Shown here: in pieces, positions 1-9,151 of the stretch
Layout of the letters: each line of letters begins with the position of its first letter
Position numbering within the stretch: position 1 is the first letter of the stretch
Assembly (NCBI GenBank): GCA_013239625.1
Contig: MU056898.1
Span: 2,137,717-2,201,716, forward strand
Length of the DNA stretch: 64,000 nucleotides
Reading direction: 5' to 3'
From: Lama guanicoe
Taxonomy: Eukaryota
Made by a program: the position numbers and the translations under genes
Notes under the pieces: model-generated
Seen by the model: only the letters and a program-made list of their open reading frames with translations
The model's database searches: none
What the model was told of the DNA's origin: nothing

Positions 1-260
1 CCCCGGTTCCTGAGCTGGAACAGTGTTACTGACTTGTCACTTGTTTATGTCCCCTGGAGAGGCTGTGGGCCCCACGAGGGCACCGTTGCACTGCTATGTC
101 CCGGTGCTTTGCCCAGCTCCTGATGCAGAACTATCTGTTGCATGAGCAAGTGAAAATTTCCACAGGCAGCCCTCTGAACTGGCTGTTACCAGAGGAGGAA
201 GTTGAGGTTCCAAGATGCAGATGAAAGAGTTTGCTCCAGGTCACACAGCAGATGAGGCAA
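1..260. mobile_element. Degraded L2 3' end followed by a MIR fragment
   Basis: L2-like tail (1-155) and MIR-like GAGGAAGTTGAGG...AGGTCACACAGC (195-255). Confidence 0.4.
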
Positions 261-379
261 TGGGGGTGGGGGGCTGACCCCTCTGAGGCTTCCAGGGCTG
301 TGCTGTGTTCTGAGCCCCCCAACACTCACACCCATCTGGATGGCTCTGCTGAGTAGATACGAAGTCCAGGTGTCTGGAC

Positions 380-696
380 CAGCCTCGTCCAGGAGAAATG
401 TTATTTAAGCCACATATGGAATTTACAATTTCCTAATAGCCACATTAAACAAAAGTAAAAACAAATGAGTGAAATTGATTGTCATCACAGTTTATTGAGC
501 TCAATATATCAAATATTCTCATTTCAACAGATAATTAACATAAAATTACGAATGAGAAATTGCACACTCTACTTTCATACCAAGTCCTGTAGGCTGTGTG
601 TGTTTTACACGTACAGCACATCATAACTCAGACCAGCTACGTCTCAAATGCCCAATGGCCATGCGTGGCTGGTAGCTCCTATACCGGACAGTCCAG
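380..696 (-). mobile_element. MER33-like hAT-Charlie non-autonomous DNA transposon
   Basis: AT-rich ~320-bp island with GCCACATATG, TAGCCACATTAAA, TTTTACAC..ACAGCACATC and a terminal GGACAG..CAG, matching the reverse complement of the MER33 consensus as I recall it. Confidence 0.75.
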
Positions 697-1205
697 GTCT
701 GAAGCCCCCAGGTACCTCTTCACATAGGTCTTCATTCACAAAATGGTTATGGGCTTAAATGCTAGCAAACCTTCACTGCTGTCTGTGTATTTTAAAAAGA
801 AAAATATTCACTAGGGAGTTAAAGAGGACACTGAGAAGGCCCTCCCAGGCTGCAGGCAGGCTTACCCTCTTCCTGGGGGGCCTGAACTGGAAAGGCCTGC
901 TGGAGCCTGGGGCCTGGGGCCGCCTGAGATCATGACTTAATTAACGCCTGCGTGCCGGCAGCTTTGATCTTCAAGCAGTGGTGCCCACTCAGCTGAGGCT
1001 GCTCCCAGATTAATTGCCCTGAAGCAAGAAAGCCTTGCCCAGAGATAAAGGGAATGTGGTGTTTCGTCATTACAAATTGTTCTGAAATCCACTCTGGCAC
1101 CGGGCAGAGGCCTGGGTTTGGAGGCCCAGATGGCCCCCACCGGCAGGACCCAGAAGCAGGCAGCTGGGCAGCCGTGCCCTTGCCGTGGGGCACCAGGTGC
1201 TGCAG

Positions 1206-1254
1206 GTGTGTGTGTACACGTACGTGTGTGCGCGTGTGTGTGCGCATGTGTGTG
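1206..1254. repeat. Strictly alternating purine-pyrimidine tract (GT/GC/AT mix), 49 nt
   Basis: GTGTGTGTGTACACGTACGTGTGTGCGCGTGTGTGTGCGCATGTGTGTG read directly. Confidence 0.9.
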
Positions 1255-4200
1255 AGCTGCTGCCCTCCTGGGCGGGAGGCTCAGGGCCGGGGAACAGCTG
1301 TGCAGGGTAACGTTACTGGTCCCCATTTTCCAGATAAGAGAACAGACTCGGAGCAGTCTAGGGACAAACCACCCCACAAGGCCAAGGTCAAGGGCAGAGG
1401 GCAGCCAGGGCACCTCAGGCTGGGGGGTCAGGTGGGCGTGGGCTCTGGTCCAGTGCCTTACTGCCAGGGCTCCTTCATCCCTGTCCAAGACCTTCAGGAT
1501 AAAGGAGCCTGTGTGGCCGCTCTGGGGACTGATGCGCTCACACAGGGGAGCCGGTGGCAGCCGACTGCCTGGGGCTGCACTCTGGGGCTGCGGGCAGGTG
1601 CCTGGCATTCTGGTCTCTGTAAAATGGGACGTGGGACAGCTCTCTACTCCTAGGGGTCACTCAGGGCTGGAGGTGCCCAGTGCATGTGAGCCATGACTCT
1701 CCTGAAAAGATGACAGCAATAATGGAACATGGACCTGTGCAGGCCCTGGGCCTGCCCTGCAGACAGCAGACGGGATGGGGTGAGGTGGGCTTTGGGGCAA
1801 AAGGCTGGCTGCACACAAGAGCTGGGCTAGGGGACAGGTCCTTAATCAAAGCTCCCTACCCCACCCCAGCCCTCCACCTTGCTCTGAGGAGCGGCCAAGG
1901 TCTTTCAGGAGCTCCTCCCTGGATGGGTGGGTGGATGGGGGCGGCATGGGCGTTGCCAGAGGGAACCAGCGAGAGGCAGGCCCCCCGCCAGTCACCCCAG
2001 CTGCGTAGCGGCCCTTCTCCGCGCCTATTTGGAGCACCTGACTCACCTTAATTATGGGCCCTTAGGCACGTCGGGGCGTGCCGGGACGCCAGAGATAGCC
2101 CGGAAACACAGGCTCCGGGGGCGAGCGGACATCCCGGGCTGCCAGGTGCAGCTTCGCCTCCCACCAGCACCTCCCCACCCTGGAGGTCCCCGCAGCGCCC
2201 CCTTCTTCAGCCAGAGGCCCTCTGTCTGGCCTGTAAGCCCCGCAGCAGCCTCCCTGGCCTGAGGTGGGAATTGTCCGGGGGCGGCGGCGCGGGGCGGGGA
2301 GCCGGTCAGGGGTCCGCGACCTGCCTCCAGGCCTGGGCCGGGATGCCCCGCAGAATCTGGAACGCCGCGCCCACGCGCTAGGCAAGGCCGCCCACGCCTC
2401 CAACTCCAATGTATATTTAGCCTCTTTATCAAATGTTCGCCGTGAACCGTGTGAACCGCCTAATAGCGGCTGGAAGTGAAATCCGATTCCCGGGCAGAAA
2501 GAAGCATGTGACAAGGCCTGAGCGGCAAGGATCTCCGCGAGCGCGCTGGGCAGGTGCTGGGGCCCCGACGCGCCTGGCCTCGGTACTCACGGTCTCCTCT
2601 TCCTGCCTCCTCGCTCCCCCCACCCCAGCATCAGAAACCGCCTCCTCACTCAGCCCCTTCTCCAGAGAAGAGGACGCCTGGAGTCTGCAAGGGGGCGGGG
2701 TGTCGGGGAGAGGAGCCAGGGCCGGAGAGGGAGTCCTCGCGGGTGTGGGTTCCCATCCGAGTTGGTGACCTCTTAGTCACGTCAGTCCAAGGTCGTAGGA
2801 ACAGCTTCTAGGGATCTATTTCTGCCAGTTTCTTTCCAGGATGTGGAGAGGGTGGGGCGTGCTGGTTGGGGGTCCCTGTCCCACCGCAGGGCGGGCCTTG
2901 GTTCCGAAAGCACCTCTTGCCCCGAGTCTCCCCCAAAGGCGGTGTCGGGCGGCTGCACAAGTTTGTGCCACCCTCGCGCGGCCGCTGTTGTCGTGGTCGC
3001 TATGACGACGCCCCACGGTTTTATTTTTAATAGCGGCCAGCGATTAGAGGGATGCCTGCGCCCCCGCCCCCCGCAGATCCCCAGTCCCGGCTGGGGGTGC
3101 ACCCAGGCCTCCCCGCTCCTCGCCTCGCTCTGGCCTGAGACGCCCACAGAAGACGTCCCCTTCTGCACCCCCAGATCTCTTCCATCCGTCCCAGACTCCA
3201 ACTGGGAGCCCCTGAAGTGCCAAACCGGGAAGGGGCACAGAGGGGATCACTCATCGAGGTTTGCTCTGAGGTGACGGGACCCCCAGGAACCGGCTAGCCT
3301 TGTGCAGACGTTGGAGCAGGAGGGGCCCTTAACTGCAACCCCATACAAGGTGACCTTTCCCCCTTCATTCCCACATATACTATTAAACCGAGTCTTTAAA
3401 CCCCAAATAAGTGTCCTCGGGTCCCTCCACCTCTCCGCCCGAGAAGAATCCGAGGCTCAACCAGACGTGAAGCTGTCAGCTCCCGGGTCCAGTAGGCCAC
3501 GGAGGGCTCGGCAGTGCACTTTTGGCTGCCTGCCGGAAACCGTCCAGTGGTCTCCCTCCGCAAAGCAGTGGAAGGTTCCACCTGGTAGGACAAGGCTCTC
3601 AAGTGTTTTTAAACGTTCCCCAAATTTCCCTGGTTCTTTCTCATGCCTCCTTCATCCTGACCACCCGAGAGCCCGCTTGAAGACGGGTGGGTCGCTGGTG
3701 GGGCTACGGCGGGGAGGCAGGTGCCTTGAGGGGGCTGCCTGCAGGTATGTGGAGGCATGTGGAAGGGAGCTTGTAGCCCCGGCCGCTGAGAATCGCAGAG
3801 GGGCTCGCCCCTCCCCCCAGTTATTTGGGGGAAGGCAAGTGCCCCTGAAGCGCCCACTGGACTCAGCCTTTGAAATGCCAGCGTCGGCCAAGCCCAGGAT
3901 GAAAGACCGCCCGCGGGGTTGCGCCTTTACTGCCTTTGTCTGGCCGGAGTGCGGCCGCGGCGGGGGCAACGGATTATCCATAGGATGGGGACAAGCGGGT
4001 GGAGGGCTGGGTCGGGCGGAATTCTCTTTCCGCCGCCCACCCACCCACTCGGGCGCTTCCTAGCCTCCAAGGGCCTCGCTGTCTAGCTTTGGGGTCGCAC
4101 GGCCCGTCGCCCCTCTAGCACTGCTACCAGGATTCGTCGGCCCCCTCGAGGGACCTGCCGCTGGGGTCTGATCCCACCTAGTCTAGGCGAAAGGAACCTA

Positions 4201-4675
4201 ACCAGCCCGGCGCACCGCCATTTGGTGCCGGGGAAGCCGTCCAGACGCGCTCAGGCCTCAGCCTCCAGCGCGTCGCTCCCCCGCATCGCGCTCTGTGCCG
4301 CGCCGCGGCCGGAGGTGGCGCTCTGTGCGCCCAGCGGATCCGGCGCGGGAGGCTCAGACTCCCCGGTTCCTCACGAGCAGCTACTTTCCCTTTCTTCCCT
4401 TCCACCCCCTCGAGTTCCCAGCTCAGGTCGTGGCCCGGCCCTTCCACGAGGGAGTGGGGACTTGGAGGACTCGGGCTCCCAGGGCGGGGACGAGGCACGC
4501 TGCAGCCCCCCTCCTCCGACCTGGGCGCTCTCCCATCCCGGAATGTGGGTGGAGGTTCTTCATTCAGACGCCCCAGGCATTGGATTCTGGGCGGGGGCGC
4601 GTGGCAGCCGCCAGGTGAGTGCCCCAGACGCGCCCCTAAACCCGCCCAGCCTCTCACCAGAGACTCACTCCCCCT

Positions 4676-4685
4676 CCTTTTATGG
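4676..4685. promoter_or_regulatory. CArG box / serum response element CCTTTTATGG
   Basis: Exact CC(A/T)6GG about 0.5 kb upstream of the inferred TSS; an SRE is known at a similar position in the human PDGFA promoter. Confidence 0.8.
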
Positions 4686-5131
4686 AATGGGGGAGGCAGA
4701 GGCCCAGGATCCAAACCGTGGAAAGAGGCTGGAGCGCCTAGGCGAGGGGCGGGAGGCGGGGGCCGGCTTGCTTTTGCCCTTTTTGGCGTAGCAGCTCTGG
4801 GCGCTGCCCTCTGCTGCCGCTGGGGCCCGAGAGAGGCGAGCCGGCGACGGCGGCGCTTCTGCTGCGGCCTCCTCCCCTCCCCGTCCGGTGCTGCAGGATT
4901 GCAGCTGGCACTGGAGGGTGGGCAAGCTCGAGGGAGGGGCGCGCGGGGAGCCTCGGCGGGCGAGCGAAGCCCTGGTGGCTGTGCTCGGAGCCGGGCGCGG
5001 GGCCTTGATGGATTTTACTGCCTGCGTGAGCGCGTGTGTGTGCTCACTGCGGCGGCGGCGGCGGCGGCCGGGCCCTGCCCGGTCCGTGCAGCCCCCGCGC
5101 GCTCCCGGGGTCCGGGTCCCGGGCCCGGAAT

Positions 5132-5475
5132 NNNNNNNNNNNNNNNNNNNNNNNNNNNNNNNNNNNNNNNNNNNNNNNNNNNNNNNNNNNNNNNNNNNNN
5201 NNNNNNNNNNNNNNNNNNNNNNNNNNNNNNNNNNNNNNNNNNNNNNNNNNNNNNNNNNNNNNNNNNNNNNNNNNNNNNNNNNNNNNNNNNNNNNNNNNNN
5301 NNNNNNNNNNNNNNNNNNNNNNNNNNNNNNNNNNNNNNNNNNNNNNNNNNNNNNNNNNNNNNNNNNNNNNNNNNNNNNNNNNNNNNNNNNNNNNNNNNNN
5401 NNNNNNNNNNNNNNNNNNNNNNNNNNNNNNNNNNNNNNNNNNNNNNNNNNNNNNNNNNNNNNNNNNNNNNNNNNN
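5132..5475 (+). promoter_or_regulatory. PDGFA: Inferred PDGFA core promoter (G-rich Sp1/EGR1 element, TATA, TSS) hidden in an assembly gap
   Basis: The gap starts right after GGCCCGGAAT, which as I recall precedes the G-tract nuclease-hypersensitive element in human PDGFA; the sequence after the gap is 5'UTR-like. Content not visible. Confidence 0.55.
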
Positions 5476-6140
5476 GAGCCGAGGGCGCGCCGCGGAGGGG
5501 CGCACGCAGGCCGCCGGGCCGCGCCGTGCTGGGCCGCGCCGTGCCCTGTCGGGCGGCGGCGGCGGCAAAAGGAGGCCGGAGGCGAGCTCGGGGCCCGCGG
5601 TGGGCGCGCAGGGCCGCCCGCAGCCCGCAGGGAGAGCGCGAGCCCGTGCCGGGCCTGGCCGGGCGTCCAGACAGGTGATGGGGTGGTGCGGCGACAGCGT
5701 CTCAAGCCTCGCTCCGGGGTCCCTTTCGGGGCTGATGCCCGCAAATATGCAGAATTACCGGCCGGGTCGCTCCTANNNNNNNNNNNNNNNNNNNNNNNNN
5801 NNNNNNNNNNNNNNNNNNNNNNNNNNNNNNNNNNNNNNNNNNNNNNNNNNNNNNNNNNNNNNNNNNNNNNNNNNNNNNNNNNNNNNNNNNNNNNNNNNNN
5901 NNNNNNNGGCGCGGCGAGCGCGCACTCCCTGCTCCTCCTCCTCCTTGCTGGCGCTGCCTGCCTCTCCGCACTCGCTGCTCGCGCCGGGCGCGCTCCGTCG
6001 GCTCCCTGCTCTCCGCGCCACCCTTCTCCGGGNNNNNNNNNNNNNNNNNNNNNNNNNNNNNNNNNNNNNNNNNNNNNNNNNNNNNNNNNNNNNNNNNNNN
6101 NNNNNNNNNNNNNNNNNNNNNNNNNNNNNNNNNNNNNNNN
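5476..6140 (+). other. PDGFA: PDGFA exon 1 long GC-rich 5'UTR (partly gapped)
   Basis: Contains CCGCAAATATGCAGAATTACCGGCCGGGTCGCTCC and CTGGCGCTGCCTGCCTCTCCGCACTC, which match my recollection of the human PDGFA leader. Confidence 0.8.
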
Positions 6141-6203
6141 NNNNNNNNNNNNNNNNNNNNNNNNNNNNNNNNNNNNNNNNNNNNNNNNNNNNNNNNGGCC
6201 GAG
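6141..6203 (+). CDS. PDGFA: PDGFA exon 1 coding part (signal peptide); start codon inferred inside gap 6033-6196
   Basis: Visible G GCC GAG|gtgggt (6197-6203, ...AE, phase-0 donor) joins exon 2 in frame; start 6141 assumes the conserved 21-codon exon 1. Confidence 0.7.
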
Positions 6204-7104
6204 GTGGGTGCCACCCCCGCACCCGGTCCCCTCTCCAGCTCCCCCGGCGCACGCCCCCTGCAGCCGCCCACCGGCCGAGGCGCCCTGGGCTCCGGGGGTC
6301 TGCAGAGCGCATTTTGATTTCTGCTAAGGTGGTCGATTTTTAATTTTCCCAACTGGGTTCTATTTTCTGCCATGTCTAAGTGTGGCTGGTGAGTTTCCAG
6401 CGTGTTGCGTCGCTCTGCCGTGGAAGGACAGAGTGGCGGCGGGGTCGACGAGTGGGGAGAAACTTCGGGGGGCGCGAGCTCCTCTCGGAGGAGGGAAACC
6501 CCGGGCTTGGCGGACAATGCAGCATTGGGGTGCAGGGAGCGCGGAAGGGGGTGTGTATGTGAGAGCCGGCGGCTCCGGAGAAGGGAGAAGAGCCGCCGAC
6601 AAGCAGGTAGGGGTGGCTGCTGCAGGAGTCCCGGCAGGCTGGGTGGGCAGCATGGAGCCGCAGCTCCAGGTTTTCCATCCCCACGCCCGGCGGGACGGCT
6701 AGCCCGGTGCAGTCCCACCCGACCGGGGCCTGCTTACAGGTGGCTGAGCGAGGCGAGCCGGGGCCGGGCCAGGCGCCCGCGCCCTCCCACCGCCTGCGTC
6801 CCCACCCCCCCAACCTCGAATTCTGAATCCCTGGGAGCTCTGTGATGAATGACTTTCTACAGCCCCCTTCGTGGGAACTTAGTGCTTGAGACCCCCCCAG
6901 CGACCCCCGACTCCCTTTAAAAATCTGGAAGGAGTAGGGGGATACCGAGTGGTGGGGGTGGTCTGGGCAGGGACCATGAGCTGCGAGAGGCAGATATTTA
7001 TTTAACTCTCACGTTCCCTGGCAGCCCCTCCCAGCCGCGGCTGCGTTCGGGGAGTCTTAGTCGGCGCTAGGGCCGCGGCTGGGCTGGAGTCCGGGGTGGG
7101 GCGG

Positions 7105-7106
<2 letters not shown>

Positions 7107-7145
<39 letters not shown>

Positions 7146-7146
7146 C
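7107..7146. repeat. (GT)15 microsatellite followed by GC alternation, intron 1
   Basis: Read directly. Confidence 0.95.
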
Positions 7147-7556
7147 CGCGCACACCCGCGTGTTTGCAGGAGGAGAGACCCTCTCCCCCGCAGGTTCGGC
7201 CTGGGATTCCGGGTGTGAAATTTAAGCCTCAGGCTAGATTAAAGTGTTAGGGCTGCCGTGACTTTCGTCGCCGATCCGTGACGCATTTCAACTTGATCTT
7301 TCTAGATGTCGATTTCACTACTAGATCAGAAAACTCCCCGGGCCCCTTGCAGCCCCTAGACCTCCTGTAACTGACACCGGGGCGGGGGCGGAGGGGCCGG
7401 AGTGGGGGGCTTCTTTGGAAATTTAAGGGTGGGGAGGGCCTTCTTTTTGCAAAGGGCAGACACGGATAGGGACGGAGAATTTGGGGGTCTCACCCAGCCC
7501 CACCCCAGCCTCAGGCGCCAGGGCCGGGGCTGGGGGTCGGGCGGCCTTCATGCTAA

Positions 7557-7919
<363 letters not shown>

Positions 7920-8965
7920 TAAAAGCCCAGGCGGATGAGTCAGGAGTTTCTCTTCCAATCACACTTTCTCTCCCGGAGGCGGCCGAGGGCTGCTCACTCG
8001 CGCAGGGATTGTTTTTGCATTTAAGGAAAATGCCGAGTGTGTCACAGAAAGTTCAGCCGCACAGAGGCGCCGGCGCCCCGGCCAGGTGTGCAGCCCGGAG
8101 CCTGCCCTCGGGCCGGGAGGAGCCTGCTCAGGCTCTGGGCGCCGAGCCCTGGCCCAGTGCGCCCGGCGGGCAGACTCACAGGGGCAGTGGGTGCCCCCCA
8201 GCCCACTCCCAGCAGGGCCCCATTGTCATTGCTGCGAACTTGCCCGGCTCCTGCCACTGGGCTGGGCCTTTGTGGTTGTAGGAGGCCCGTGTCTTTCTGT
8301 TTTCACGAGCCAATAAAAAGGCGCGCCTTGGACACATCTGCTGTTCGGGGACTATTTTGGGGCTCACCCTCAGGCTCTGGAGCTGAGCCACTTTAGAGAA
8401 CAGTTTATTCATCAAGTAGACTTATGAAGCTCTTGCGTGTCCGTTGCAGAGGTGCACTGGGCCCAGGTGGGCAAAGATGCCAAGGGACCCAGGCTGCTGG
8501 GCTGCGAGCCGGTGGCCTTGGGTGGCAGCGCTTGGGTGTGGAGCAGAGGGAGCTCCTTCCTAGAAGGGGCGGGTTTCTGTGGTGGGAACCCCAGTGTGAG
8601 CTACCTCGGGAAATACTCACGTCACCAAACTTGCTCTTGAGTGGGTGGGAAGAGGTCCCAAGTGAACTTGTAGGTAGGGCACCTCAAGGCAGCAGGGGTT
8701 GGCTGGAAGGATTTTAAGGGAAATAAAGATTTTCCTCACAGCAAACGACTCTGAAAAAGGGGGGTGGCGGGGGAATTAAGTAAAATCACATGGTCTAGTC
8801 ATTTGGAAATTTGTACCTAATTATGGTGGTGGAGAGGCCTGAACTATTTTCATTTCATGCCAAAACCATCTTCTAGCAAGGGCGATGGTTTCTGTAGTTT
8901 CTTGACCCAGGAAACCCTTTGGCTGATCCTTATCAGGAAGGGGCAGGATTTCACTTGGAGATCAG

Positions 8966-9151
8966 AGTTGGGCTGGGGTTCGGGGGGGCGGGCGTTGATC
9001 TGGTTCCTTGATGTGTGACCCTGAGGAGGAGGGTCTGGCTTTGGTTAGCTGCGTTCAAGTTGGGCTGGGGTTCGGGGGGGGGGCGGGCGTTGATCTGGTT
9101 CCTTGATGTGTGACCCTGAGGAGGAGGGTCTGGCTTTGGTTAGCTGCGTTC
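8966..9151. repeat. Tandem duplication of ~92 bp (8966-9056 and 9058-9151)
   Basis: The two copies are identical apart from a G-run of 7 versus 10. Confidence 0.95.

Noticed and set aside
1-4500. Divergent lncRNA upstream of PDGFA, as I recall is annotated in human
   Set aside because: Plausible given the extended CpG island, but no exon structure can be supported from sequence alone
4778-4786. Second CArG-like box CCTTTTTGG
   Set aside because: Only five A/T between CC and GG
4545-6718. Long ORFs of 338-479 aa on both strands over the promoter
   Set aside because: They stay open only because they run through N gaps and stop-poor CpG-island DNA; low-complexity R/A/G/P translations
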